A stretch of DNA of 32,000 nucleotides, taken from Mycobacterium tuberculosis H37Rv. Its GTDB lineage: Bacteria > Actinomycetota > Actinomycetes > Mycobacteriales > Mycobacteriaceae. The DNA lies in contig NC_000962.3 of assembly GCF_000195955.2 (NCBI RefSeq), positions 3,690,001-3,722,000 of the forward strand, written 5' to 3'. The position numbers and the translations under genes are program-made. Numbering within the stretch: the stretch's first letter is position 1; every line of letters begins with the position of its first letter. Shown here in pieces: positions 1-9,403 of this stretch. The notes beneath the pieces are model-generated. The model was not told where the DNA came from, did no database searches, and worked only from the letters and a program-made list of their open reading frames with translations.

Positions 1-935
1 TAGATGCCGGTCGCCAACGTCCGCGACACCCGGTCCACGGTCAGGTAATTGCCCCGGCCAAGCTGGATGCCGACCCGTTCCAGGCCCAGGCCGCTGGTGT
101 TGGGCACCGACCCGATGGTCATCAGGGCGTGGCTGCCCTCGACGGTGCGACCGTCGGTCATCGTGACGAGCACCCCGGCCCCGGTGCGGGTGACCGATGC
201 TGCCCGGGCATTTTTGAACAGCCGGACTCCCCGTTCGGCGAACGACTCTTCCAGGACCAGCGCAGCGTCAGCGTCCTCATACGGCAGCACGTGGTCCTGG
301 CTGGCCACCACCGTGACCGGCACCCCCAATTCGGTATAGGCGTCCACGAACTCAGCACCGGTAACCCCGGAGCCCACCACGATGAGGTGGTCGGGCAACG
401 CGTCCAAGTCGTAGAGCTGCCGCCAGGTCAGAATGCGCTCACCGTCCGGCTGGGCCGACGGCAGGATCCGCGGGCTGGCGCCGGTGGCGACCAGCACGAC
501 GTCGGCCTCATGCTCACTGGTGGAGCCGTCGGCGGCGGTCGCCTTAATGCGATGGCGCGCCAGACCCGGTGTGGAGTCGATCAACTCGCCCCGGCCGGCG
601 ATCACCTGAACCCCCATGCTGAGCAGCTGGGCGGTGATGTCGGCCGACTGTGCGGCGGCCAGCGTCTTGACCCGGGCATGGATTTGCGGCAACGAGATCT
701 TGGCGTCGTCGAAGTCGATATGAAAGCCCAGGTGCGGCGCTCGGCGCAGTTCGGTACGCAGCCCGGTGGAGGCGATGAACGTCTTCGACGGCACACAGTC
801 GTCCAGTACGGCAGCCCCGCCGATGCCGTCGCAGTCAATCACGGTAACTTGGGTTGTTTCCGGGTGTGAGGTGGCGGCCACCAGTGCGGCCTCGTAACCG
901 GCCGGGCCGCCACCGAGGATCACGATGCGGGTCAC
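1..935 (-). CDS. lpdA: Flavoprotein disulfide-reductase family NAD(P)H quinone reductase LpdA (C-terminal part lies outside the window)
   Basis: The minus-strand frame is open from base 1 to a GTG at 933-935. My translation starts VTRIVILGGGPAGYEAALVAA (GxGxxG FAD fold) followed by GGAAVLDDCVPSK, where only one Cys of the usual CxxxxC remains. It is absent from the ORF track because the window edge truncates it. The 129..869 + ORF is its antisense shadow. Confidence 0.9.
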   Translation of the reverse strand, partial: MTRIVILGGGPAGYEAALVAATSHPETTQVTVIDCDGIGGAAVLDDCVPSKTFIASTGLRTELRRAPHLGFHIDFDDAKISLPQIHARVKTLAAAQSADITAQLLSMGVQVIAGRGELIDSTPGLARHRIKATAADGSTSEHEADVVLVATGASPRILPSAQPDGERILTWRQLYDLDALPDHLIVVGSGVTGAEFVDAYTELGVPVTVVASQDHVLPYEDADAALVLEESFAERGVRLFKNARAASVTRTGAGVLVTMTDGRTVEGSHALMTIGSVPNTSGLGLERVGIQLGRGNYLTVDRVSRTLATGI

Positions 936-950
936 CACAGCCCATAACCT

Positions 951-1105
951 AGCTCGGCGACGATGCACGCCGCGCAGCGGCGTGAGGAGGAGCCGAGCAG
1001 TCCAACACAGCTCGGCGACGATGCACGCCGCGCAGCGGCGTGAGGAGGAGCCGAGCAGTCAAGCACAGCTTGACGATGACCCGCACCGCAGCGCGGCGCG
1101 ATGGG
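951..1105. repeat. 58-bp tandem repeat (MIRU-VNTR type; position fits the VNTR3690/Mtub39 typing locus): 2 near-identical units plus a degenerate third
   Basis: Unit 1 (951-1008) and unit 2 (1009-1066) read AGCTCGGCGACGATGCACGCCGCGCAGCGGCGTGAGGAGGAGCCGAGCAGTC(C/A)A(A/G)CAC, with 2 mismatches between them. A decayed copy starts at 1067 (AGCTTGACGATGACCCGCACCGCAGCGCGG...). The array lies in the lpdA / Rv3304 divergent spacer. Confidence 0.85.
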
Positions 1106-1140
1106 TACCACCCGAGCCCCCGCCGTCTAAGCTTTCCCCC

Positions 1141-1620
1141 GTGCCGCTCTACGCCGCCTACGGGTCGAACATGCATCCCGAGCAGATGCTCGAGCGCGCA
1201 CCCCACTCGCCGATGGCCGGAACCGGCTGGTTACCCGGGTGGCGGCTGACGTTCGGCGGCGAGGACATCGGCTGGGAAGGGGCGCTTGCCACCGTCGTCG
1301 AAGACCCAGATTCGAAGGTGTTCGTCGTGCTCTACGACATGACCCCGGCGGACGAGAAGAACCTTGACCGGTGGGAAGGCTCCGAGTTCGGCATCCACCA
1401 GAAGATCCGATGCCGCGTGGAGCGCATTTCCTCGGACACCACAACGGATCCCGTCCTCGCGTGGTTGTACGTTTTGGACGCCTGGGAGGGTGGCCTGCCG
1501 TCGGCCCGCTATCTAGGTGTGATGGCCGATGCCGCTGAGATCGCGGGCGCGCCAAGTGATTACGTACATGACTTGCGTACTCGCCCGGCCCGCAACATCG
1601 GCCCGGGAACTATTGCCTAA
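1141..1620 (+). CDS. Gamma-glutamylcyclotransferase / AIG2-like family protein (Rv3304 equivalent)
   Basis: GTG at 1141 gives VPLYAAYGSNMHPEQML..., with the YGSN motif typical of GGCT-like proteins. The 925..1620 track ORF extends upstream through the VNTR, and I treat that extension as non-coding. Confidence 0.75.
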   Translation: MPLYAAYGSNMHPEQMLERAPHSPMAGTGWLPGWRLTFGGEDIGWEGALATVVEDPDSKVFVVLYDMTPADEKNLDRWEGSEFGIHQKIRCRVERISSDTTTDPVLAWLYVLDAWEGGLPSARYLGVMADAAEIAGAPSDYVHDLRTRPARNIGPGTIA

Positions 1621-1638
1621 TTATCGCGAGCGCCCAGG

Positions 1639-2808
1639 CTAATGCGCGGCGGCCTGCTCGATGATGTTGACCATCACCCGCAGCCCGATCGCCAGGGCTC
1701 GCTCGTCGATGTCGAACGTCGGCTGATGCAGGTCCAACTGCAGTCCGTCACCGGACCACACGCCCAGTCGAGCCATCGCGCCGGGAACCTCCTCCAAATA
1801 CCAGGAGAAGTCCTCACCACCGCCGGACTGCCGGGTATCGGCCAGCACACCTGGGCCAATAGCCTCAATAGCGTGGGCGAGAATGCGTGTCGAGATTTCC
1901 TCGTTGACCACCGGCGGCACCCCCCGACGGTATTGCAGCGTGTGCTCGATCGCCAACGGTAATAGCAACGCCGAAATGGCTTGGCGGACAAGCTCCTCAA
2001 GGTCAACCCAGGTCTGCCGGCTGGCCGTGCGAACAGTGCCGGACAGAACTCCGGTTTGCGGAATGGCGTTGGCGGCCATACCCGCGTTGACCGCGCCCCA
2101 CACCAGCACGGTGCTGTTACGTGGGTCGATGCGACGCGACAGCACCCCGGGCAGCCCGGTGACCAGCGTGCCGAGCCCGTAGACGAGGTCGGCGGTCAAG
2201 TGTGGACGCGACGTGTGCCCGCCCGGCGAATACAGCGTGATTTCTATCGAGTCGGCCGCCGACGTGATGGGGCCTTGCCGAACGGCGACCTTGCCGACTT
2301 CAAGCCGGGGATCGCAGTGCAGGGCGAAGATCCGCGACACCCCGGCCAACGCGCCGGCCGCGATCGCGTCGATGGCACCACCGGGCATCAGTTCCTCGGC
2401 CGCCTGGAAGATCAACCGCACCCCCACCGGCAGCTCCGGTACCGAAGCCAATGCCAATGCGGCACCCAGCAGGATCGCGGTGTGCGCATCATGGCCACAA
2501 GCATGCGCGACGTTGGGCATGGTCGAGGCGTAGGGCGCGCCGGTCCGCTCGGCCATCGGCAGCGCATCCATATCGGCGCGCAGCGCGATCCGCGGCTGAT
2601 GCTGAGGACCGAAGTCGCAGGTGAGTCCCGTTCCACCGGGCAGCACCTTGGGGTTCAGCCCCGCGTCGGCTAACCGCTCGGCGACGAACTGGGTAGTGGC
2701 GTATTCCTGACGGCCCAACTCCGGATAGCGGTGGATGTGCCGGCGCCAGCCGACCAGGTCGTCGTGGTGGGCGGCTAGCCATGATTCGGCGGCGTCGGCG
2801 AGGCTCAT
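1639..2808 (-). CDS. amiA1: M20-family N-acyl-L-amino acid amidohydrolase
   Basis: 389-aa ORF with M20 peptidase/hippuricase-like sequence (HACGHDAHTAILLGAA). Its start overlaps the amiB1 stop by 4 nt (2805-2808). Confidence 0.9.
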   Translation of the reverse strand: MSLADAAESWLAAHHDDLVGWRRHIHRYPELGRQEYATTQFVAERLADAGLNPKVLPGGTGLTCDFGPQHQPRIALRADMDALPMAERTGAPYASTMPNVAHACGHDAHTAILLGAALALASVPELPVGVRLIFQAAEELMPGGAIDAIAAGALAGVSRIFALHCDPRLEVGKVAVRQGPITSAADSIEITLYSPGGHTSRPHLTADLVYGLGTLVTGLPGVLSRRIDPRNSTVLVWGAVNAGMAANAIPQTGVLSGTVRTASRQTWVDLEELVRQAISALLLPLAIEHTLQYRRGVPPVVNEEISTRILAHAIEAIGPGVLADTRQSGGGEDFSWYLEEVPGAMARLGVWSGDGLQLDLHQPTFDIDERALAIGLRVMVNIIEQAAAH

Positions 2809-3989
2809 CGCGCCGCCCTGCGCTGCTGCGCGGCCAGCACCCGGTCACGCTCATCAGGAGTCTGCGCGAGACGGACAACCGTGCGTGCCAACATGATCGC
2901 GCCGTCAACCACCGCGCGGTCGGCGCTGGCACCAGCGGAAGCGACGGTGAAGGCCCGTTGGTGCACCGTCGCCGCGCCGGCGTCCAGGCCGATCACCGGA
3001 TGGATCCCGGGCAGCACCTGCGTCACGTTGCCCATGTCGGTGCTACCCAGCGGCAGCTCTGCCTCCAAGGCTGGCAGCAACGGCTCGCGCCCCAGCCGCT
3101 GCATCTCCTCCCGGCACACGTCAGCCAGCCACGGGTCGGGTTTGAGCTCCGCGTATGCCGGTGCAGCCTCGTCGATTTCGTATTCGCACCCGGCGGCCAG
3201 CGCGCCGGCCGCAAAGCAGGCGAACATTCTGGTCTGCAGCTCGCGCAGCGAATCCGATTCGACCGCACGCATCGCATACTGCAGCCTCGCCTGCCCGGGG
3301 ATGACATTGACCGCCTGCCCGCCGTCGGTCACAATGCCGTGCACCATTTGCCCGGGCGCCAATTGCTGTCGAAGTACCCCAATAGCGACCTGCGCCACGG
3401 TCACGGCGTCGGCGGCGTTAACCCCTAGGTGCGGCGCGACGGCCGCGTGCGATTCCTTACCCCGATAGCGCACGGTGACCTCGGACAGGGCCAGTGATCG
3501 TGCGCCGGCGATATCGGTCGGCCCGGGATGGACCATCACGGCCACCGCAACGTCATCGAACGTCCCGGCCTGCAGCATCAGCGCCTTACCGCCGCCGGAC
3601 TCCTCGGCAGGGGTCCCCAGCAGAGCCACGGTCAAGCCCAGGTCGTCCGCCACCTCAGCCAGTGCCAGCGCGGTGCCCACAGCGGAGGCCGCAATAATGT
3701 TGTGCCCGCAGGCGTGTCCGATCCCGGGAAGCGCGTCGTACTCGGCGCACACTCCGACAACCAACGGTCCGCTGCCGTAGTCGGCGCGAAACGCCGTGTC
3801 CAACCCACCGGCGGCCGTGGTGATCTCGAAACCGCGTTCGGCGACCAGCGCCTGAGCCTTGGCGCAGCTGCGATGCTCGGCGAACGCCAGCTCGGGCTCG
3901 GCGTGGATGGCATGGGACAGCTCGACCAGCTCGCCACCACGGCGCCGCACCAATTCCTCGACGCGGTCGGATGCGCTGGCTGCTGGCAT
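2805..3989 (-). CDS. amiB1: M20-family amidohydrolase
   Basis: 394-aa ORF containing [15 protein letters not shown]. It is a paralogous M20 fold in tandem with amiA1 and translationally coupled to it. Confidence 0.9.
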   Translation of the reverse strand: MPAASASDRVEELVRRRGGELVELSHAIHAEPELAFAEHRSCAKAQALVAERGFEITTAAGGLDTAFRADYGSGPLVVGVCAEYDALPGIGHACGHNIIAASAVGTALALAEVADDLGLTVALLGTPAEESGGGKALMLQAGTFDDVAVAVMVHPGPTDIAGARSLALSEVTVRYRGKESHAAVAPHLGVNAADAVTVAQVAIGVLRQQLAPGQMVHGIVTDGGQAVNVIPGQARLQYAMRAVESDSLRELQTRMFACFAAGALAAGCEYEIDEAAPAYAELKPDPWLADVCREEMQRLGREPLLPALEAELPLGSTDMGNVTQVLPGIHPVIGLDAGAATVHQRAFTVASAGASADRAVVDGAIMLARTVVRLAQTPDERDRVLAAQQRRAAR

Positions 3990-4053
3990 GCTCGCAGTAT
4001 CTCATCGACGAGCACCCGCTCCCCGGCGAGCGGCTCAGTTAAGCTCGCCCAGT

Positions 4054-4860
4054 GTGGCTGACCCGCGCCCCGATCCCGACGAACTGGCCCGGCGGGCGGC
4101 GCAGGTCATCGCTGACCGCACCGGGATCGGCGAACATGACGTCGCGGTCGTGCTCGGGTCGGGATGGTTACCGGCCGTTGCGGCGTTGGGCTCCCCGACC
4201 ACCGTGCTGCCGCAGGCCGAACTGCCCGGGTTTGTGCCGCCAACCGCAGCCGGGCATGCGGGCGAGCTACTGTCCGTGCCCATCGGTGCGCACCGGGTGC
4301 TGGTGCTGGCCGGTCGCATCCACGCCTACGAGGGACACGACCTGCGCTACGTCGTGCATCCGGTTCGGGCGGCCCGTGCGGCAGGGGCGCAGATTATGGT
4401 GCTCACCAACGCCGCCGGTGGGCTGCGGGCGGACCTTCAGGTCGGCCAGCCGGTGCTGATCAGCGATCACCTGAACCTGACCGCACGTTCGCCACTGGTT
4501 GGCGGGGAGTTCGTCGACCTGACCGACGCCTACTCACCGCGACTGCGGGAACTCGCCCGCCAATCCGACCCGCAGCTGGCCGAAGGCGTCTACGCCGGCC
4601 TGCCGGGGCCGCACTACGAGACACCGGCGGAGATCCGGATGTTGCAGACACTGGGCGCCGACCTGGTCGGCATGTCCACGGTGCACGAGACCATCGCGGC
4701 CCGGGCGGCGGGCGCTGAGGTACTGGGCGTATCCCTGGTGACAAATCTGGCGGCCGGGATCACCGGCGAGCCGCTGAGCCACGCCGAGGTGCTCGCCGCC
4801 GGAGCCGCATCGGCGACTCGGATGGGCGCGCTGCTAGCCGACGTGATCGCCCGGTTCTAA
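4054..4860 (+). CDS. deoD: Purine nucleoside phosphorylase (trimeric PunA type)
   Basis: The in-frame GTG at 4054 gives a 268-aa protein, (M)[23 protein letters not shown]...[15 protein letters not shown]. The longer 3859 start would overlap the divergent amiB1. Confidence 0.9.
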
Positions 4861-4863
4861 GCC

Positions 4864-6468
4864 GTGACGCCAGAGAATTGGATCGCCCACGACCCGGACC
4901 CGCAGACGGCCGCCGAGCTCGCCGCCTGCGGCCCCGACGAGCTGAAAGCGCGGTTCAGCCGCCCACTGGCGTTCGGCACCGCGGGGTTGCGCGGGCACCT
5001 GCGGGGCGGGCCGGACGCGATGAACCTGGCGGTGGTGTTGCGCGCCACCTGGGCGGTGGCACGGGTGCTCACGGATCGAGGTCTGGCTGGTTCGCCGGTG
5101 ATCGTGGGGCGCGACGCTCGGCACGGCTCACCGGCGTTTGCCGCTGCGGCCGCCGAAGTGCTTGCCGCCGCAGGTTTTTCCGTGCTGCTTCTGCCCGATC
5201 CCGCACCCACCCCGGTGGTGGCGTTCGCGGTGCGGCACACCGGCGCCGCCGCTGGGATACAGATCACGGCGTCACACAACCCGGCGACCGACAACGGCTA
5301 CAAGGTCTATGTCGACGGCGGCCTTCAGCTCCTCGCCCCTACCGACCGGCAGATCGAAGCCGCGATGGCCACCGCGCCCCCGGCCGATCAGATCGCCAGG
5401 AAGACCGTCAACCCCAGTGAAAACCGCGCCTCCGATCTGATCGACCGTTATATCCAGCGTGCGGCCGGGGTCCGAAGGTGCGCCGGTTCGGTCCGGGTGG
5501 CCCTGACGCCGCTGCACGGGGTTGGCGGGGCGATGGCCGTCGAGACCCTTCGGCGAGCCGGTTTCACCGAGGTGCATACCGTGGCGACGCAATTCGCGCC
5601 GAATCCCGACTTCCCCACCGTGACATTGCCGAACCCCGAGGAGCCCGGAGCCACCGACGCACTGCTCACCCTGGCTACCGACGTGGACGCCGACGTCGCG
5701 ATCGCGCTGGATCCCGATGCGGATCGCTGCGCGGTCGGGATACCCACGGTGTCGGGATGGCGGATGCTGTCCGGTGACGAAACCGGTTGGCTACTAGGTG
5801 ATTACATCTTGTCGCAAACCGACGACCGGGCGTCGCCGCCGGAAACCAGGGTGGTGGCCAGCACCGTGGTGTCGTCGCGGATGCTGGCGGCGATCGCCGC
5901 GCATCACGCTGCCGTGCACGTGGAGACCCTCACCGGCTTTAAGTGGCTGGCGCGCGCCGATGCGAACCTGCCCGGCACCCTGGTGTACGCCTACGAGGAA
6001 GCGATCGGGCACTGCGTCGACCCCACCGCGGTGCGTGACAAAGACGGCATCAGCGCCGCGGTGTTGGTGTGCGATCTGGTGGCCGCGCTCAAAGGCCAGG
6101 GTCGTTCGGTGACCGACGCGCTCGACGAGCTCGCCCGATGCTACGGCGTGCATGAGGTTGCCGCCCTGTCACGCCCCGTGAGCGGCGCCGTCGAGACCAC
6201 CGACCTGATGCGACGGCTCCGCGAGGACCCGCCGCGTCGGCTGGCCGGTTTCCCCGCCACGGTCACCGATATCGGCGACACGCTGATCCTCACCGGCGGC
6301 GACGACAACATGTTGGTCAGGGTGGCGGTGCGGCCTTCTGGAACAGAACCGAAGCTGAAGTGCTACTTGGAGATTCGCTGCGCGGTGACCGGTGACCTAC
6401 CAGCTGCCCGACAGCTGGTGCGGGCGAGGATCGATGAGCTGTCGGCTAGCGTGCGGCGGTGGTGGTGA
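4864..6468 (+). CDS. pmmB: Alpha-D-phosphohexomutase family phospho-sugar mutase
   Basis: 534 aa with the active-site TASHNP(ATDNGYKVY) motif. The GTG start is 3 nt after the deoD stop. Confidence 0.9.
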   Translation: MTPENWIAHDPDPQTAAELAACGPDELKARFSRPLAFGTAGLRGHLRGGPDAMNLAVVLRATWAVARVLTDRGLAGSPVIVGRDARHGSPAFAAAAAEVLAAAGFSVLLLPDPAPTPVVAFAVRHTGAAAGIQITASHNPATDNGYKVYVDGGLQLLAPTDRQIEAAMATAPPADQIARKTVNPSENRASDLIDRYIQRAAGVRRCAGSVRVALTPLHGVGGAMAVETLRRAGFTEVHTVATQFAPNPDFPTVTLPNPEEPGATDALLTLATDVDADVAIALDPDADRCAVGIPTVSGWRMLSGDETGWLLGDYILSQTDDRASPPETRVVASTVVSSRMLAAIAAHHAAVHVETLTGFKWLARADANLPGTLVYAYEEAIGHCVDPTAVRDKDGISAAVLVCDLVAALKGQGRSVTDALDELARCYGVHEVAALSRPVSGAVETTDLMRRLREDPPRRLAGFPATVTDIGDTLILTGGDDNMLVRVAVRPSGTEPKLKCYLEIRCAVTGDLPAARQLVRARIDELSASVRRWW

Positions 6469-6469
6469 C

Positions 6470-7093
6470 TCAGCGCGGGCCGAACTGGCGATCGCCGGCA
6501 TCGCCGAGACCGGGCACAATGTAGGCGACCTCGTTAAGCCCTTCGTCGATGGCCGCAGTGAACAACCGCACGTTTGGCGCAGCCTTCTGCAGCGCCGCGA
6601 TTCCTTCTGGCGCCGCAACCACACACAGCACCGTGATATCCGCTGCACCGCGCGAGATCAGCAGACCGAGGGTGTGCGTCATCGACCCGCCGGTGGCCAC
6701 CATCGGGTCAAGCACCATGACCGGTACATCCGTCAGGTCGTCGGGCAGCGAGTCCAGATACGGCACCGGCTGGTGGGTTTGCTCGTCGCGGGCGACACCG
6801 ACAAAGCCAACGTGCGCCTCCGGCAAGGCGGCATGCGCCTCGTCGACCATCCCCAACCCCGCCCGCAACACAGGAACCAGCAGGGGTGGCTTGGTTAGCC
6901 GCGACCCGACCGTCTCGGCCAGCGGCGTACGGATCGGGACTGGCTCGCAGGGCGCATCGCGGGTGGCCTCATAGATCAACAGCAGCGTGAGCTCGCGCAG
7001 CGCTGCCCGGAAGCCGGCGTTGTCGGTGCGTTCGTCACGCAGCGTGGTCAGTCGGGCCGCGGCCAGTGGGTGGTCAACGACATGGACCTGCAC
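6470..7093 (-). CDS. upp: Uracil phosphoribosyltransferase
   Basis: The GTG start gives a 207-aa protein, [23 protein letters not shown]..., with the PRPP loop [11 protein letters not shown]. The stop is 1 nt from the pmmB stop (convergent). Confidence 0.9.
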
Positions 7094-7197
7094 GGCGTTG
7101 AACCCTATATAACAATCGTGGCTCGGTCCCCTAAAAGGGGGCTGATACGGGTGCGTCCATCCGCGCGACCGGTCAACCCCGTCCATATACTCCCGGC

Positions 7198-8097
7198 ATG
7201 CTCCGCGGAATCCAGGCTCTCAGCCGGCCCCTGACCAGGGTATACCGTGCCTTGGCGGTGATCGGTGTCCTGGCAGCATCGTTGCTGGCCTCATGGGTCG
7301 GCGCTGTCCCACAAGTGGGTCTGGCAGCGAGTGCCCTGCCGACCTTCGCGCACGTGGTCATCGTGGTGGAGGAGAACCGCTCGCAGGCCGCCATCATCGG
7401 TAACAAGTCGGCTCCCTTCATCAATTCGCTGGCCGCCAACGGCGCGATGATGGCCCAGGCGTTCGCCGAAACACACCCGAGCGAACCGAACTACCTGGCA
7501 CTGTTCGCTGGCAACACATTCGGGTTGACGAAGAACACCTGCCCCGTCAACGGCGGCGCGCTGCCCAACCTGGGTTCTGAGTTGCTCAGCGCCGGTTACA
7601 CATTCATGGGGTTCGCCGAAGACTTGCCTGCGGTCGGCTCCACGGTGTGCAGTGCGGGCAAATACGCACGCAAACACGTGCCGTGGGTCAACTTCAGTAA
7701 CGTGCCGACGACACTGTCGGTGCCGTTTTCGGCATTTCCGAAGCCGCAGAATTACCCCGGCCTGCCGACGGTGTCGTTTGTCATCCCTAACGCCGACAAC
7801 GACATGCACGACGGCTCGATCGCCCAAGGCGACGCCTGGCTGAACCGCCACCTGTCGGCATATGCCAACTGGGCCAAGACAAACAACAGCCTGCTCGTTG
7901 TGACCTGGGACGAAGACGACGGCAGCAGCCGCAATCAGATCCCGACGGTGTTCTACGGCGCGCACGTGCGGCCCGGAACTTACAACGAGACCATCAGCCA
8001 CTACAACGTGCTGTCCACATTGGAGCAGATCTACGGACTGCCCAAGACGGGTTATGCGACCAATGCTCCGCCAATAACCGATATTTGGGGCGACTAG
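7198..8097 (+). CDS. sapM: Secreted acid phosphatase SapM (phosphoesterase/PLC family)
   Basis: 299 aa with an N-terminal signal-like segment ([19 protein letters not shown]), then [11 protein letters not shown]...[13 protein letters not shown]. Confidence 0.9.
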   Translation: MLRGIQALSRPLTRVYRALAVIGVLAASLLASWVGAVPQVGLAASALPTFAHVVIVVEENRSQAAIIGNKSAPFINSLAANGAMMAQAFAETHPSEPNYLALFAGNTFGLTKNTCPVNGGALPNLGSELLSAGYTFMGFAEDLPAVGSTVCSAGKYARKHVPWVNFSNVPTTLSVPFSAFPKPQNYPGLPTVSFVIPNADNDMHDGSIAQGDAWLNRHLSAYANWAKTNNSLLVVTWDEDDGSSRNQIPTVFYGAHVRPGTYNETISHYNVLSTLEQIYGLPKTGYATNAPPITDIWGD

Positions 8098-8120
8098 CCG
8101 CCGTCGCTATTCTGTGCCGC

Positions 8121-9383
8121 ATGGTTGCTGACCTCGTACCCATCCGCTTGAGCCTGTCCGCTGGTGACCGCTACACGCTGTGGGCTCCTCGCTGGCGGGA
8201 TGCCGGCGACGAGTGGGAGGCGTTCCTGGGCAAAGACGACGACCTGTATGGCTTCGAGAGCGTCTCTGACCTGGTCGCGTTCGTGCGCACCGACACCGAG
8301 AACGACCTGGTCGACCACCCGGCATGGCAAGACCTGACCGGAGCCCACGCGCACAACCTCAATCCGGCCGAAGACAATCAGTTCGACCTGGTCGTCGTCG
8401 AGGAACTGCTGGCTGAGAAGCCGACGGCGGAGTCAGTGGCCGCGCTGGCCGCCTCATTGGCGATCGTATCCGCCATCGGATCGGTGTGCGAACTGGCGGC
8501 AGTGTCGAAGTTCTTCAACGGCAATCCCATCCTGGGCACGGTTTCCGGCGGGCTCGAACACTTCACCGGAAAAGCCGGCAATAAACGCTGGAATTCGATT
8601 GCCGAGGTCATCGGACGCAGCTGGGACGACGTGCTCGCGGCCATCGACGAGATCATCAGCACCCCCGAGGTCGACGCTGAGCTGTCGGAAAAGGTCGCCG
8701 AGGAGTTGGCGGAGGAGCCCGAGGGCGCCGAGGAAGTGGCGGCGGAGGTGGAGGCCACGCAGGACACGCAGGAGGCGGCCGAGTCCGACGACGAGGAAGC
8801 CGACGCACCCGGTGACAGTGTCGTACTGGGCGGCGATCGGGACTTCTGGTTGCAGGTGGGCATCGACCCGATCCAGATCATGACGGGCACCGCCACCTTC
8901 TACACGCTTCGCTGTTACCTGGATGATCGACCGATCTTCCTGGGCCGCAATGGTCGGATCAGTGTGTTTGGCTCCGAGCGGGCATTGGCCCGCTATCTTG
9001 CCGATGAGCACGACCACGACTTGTCGGACCTGAGCACCTACGACGACATCCGCACGGCCGCCACCGACGGCTCGCTGGCGGTTGCCGTTACCGACGACAA
9101 CGTCTATGTGCTCAGTGGGCTGGTCGACGATTTTGCCGACGGGCCGGACGCGGTGGACCGTGAGCAGCTCGACCTGGCCGTCGAGCTGCTCCGCGATATC
9201 GGCGACTACTCCGAGGACAGCGCAGTCGACAAGGCACTCGAGACAACCCGCCCGCTGGGCCAGCTGGTGGCCTATGTGTTGGACCCCCACTCGGTCGGCA
9301 AACCCACGGCCCCGTATGCGGCGGCTGTCCGTGAATGGGAGAAATTGGAAAGGTTCGTGGAGTCGCGGCTCAGGCGCGAATAG
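8121..9383 (+). CDS. Conserved protein with two related domains separated by an acidic linker (Rv3311 equivalent)
   Basis: ATG at 8121 gives 420 aa. An acidic low-complexity stretch (EELAEEPEGAEEVAAEVEATQDTQEAAESDDEEAD) separates two segments that share a YTL...FLG...F(E/G)S...DL pattern. Confidence 0.8.
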   Translation: MVADLVPIRLSLSAGDRYTLWAPRWRDAGDEWEAFLGKDDDLYGFESVSDLVAFVRTDTENDLVDHPAWQDLTGAHAHNLNPAEDNQFDLVVVEELLAEKPTAESVAALAASLAIVSAIGSVCELAAVSKFFNGNPILGTVSGGLEHFTGKAGNKRWNSIAEVIGRSWDDVLAAIDEIISTPEVDAELSEKVAEELAEEPEGAEEVAAEVEATQDTQEAAESDDEEADAPGDSVVLGGDRDFWLQVGIDPIQIMTGTATFYTLRCYLDDRPIFLGRNGRISVFGSERALARYLADEHDHDLSDLSTYDDIRTAATDGSLAVAVTDDNVYVLSGLVDDFADGPDAVDREQLDLAVELLRDIGDYSEDSAVDKALETTRPLGQLVAYVLDPHSVGKPTAPYAAAVREWEKLERFVESRLRRE

Positions 9384-9403
9384 GCACCGTCAGCCGGCGA
9401 AGG

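Noticed and set aside
129-869. 246-aa plus-strand ORF at the window start
   Set aside because: It lies antisense to the clearly recognisable lpdA frame. The product is Arg/Gly/His-rich with no domain features, so it is a typical high-GC shadow ORF.
925-1140. N-terminal 72-codon extension of the GGCT-like ORF (track ORF 925..1620)
   Set aside because: The extension is translated from the 58-bp tandem repeat and overlaps the lpdA start. The conserved YGSN-containing core begins at GTG 1141.
3990-4053. Small inverted repeat CCGCTC-N6-GAGCGG in the amiB1 / deoD divergent spacer
   Set aside because: The arms are only 6 bp in GC-rich DNA, so it could arise by chance. There is no independent evidence that it is an operator.
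8454-9290. 278-aa minus-strand ORF opposite the Rv3311-like gene, with similar antisense ORFs opposite sdhA/sdhB (15849..16484, 16811..17386), add (11336..12151), deoA (12443..13372), dacB1 (26053..27036) and the aminotransferase (24767..25498)
   Set aside because: All are mirror-frame ORFs of confidently identified genes in a GC-rich genome. None shows domain motifs.
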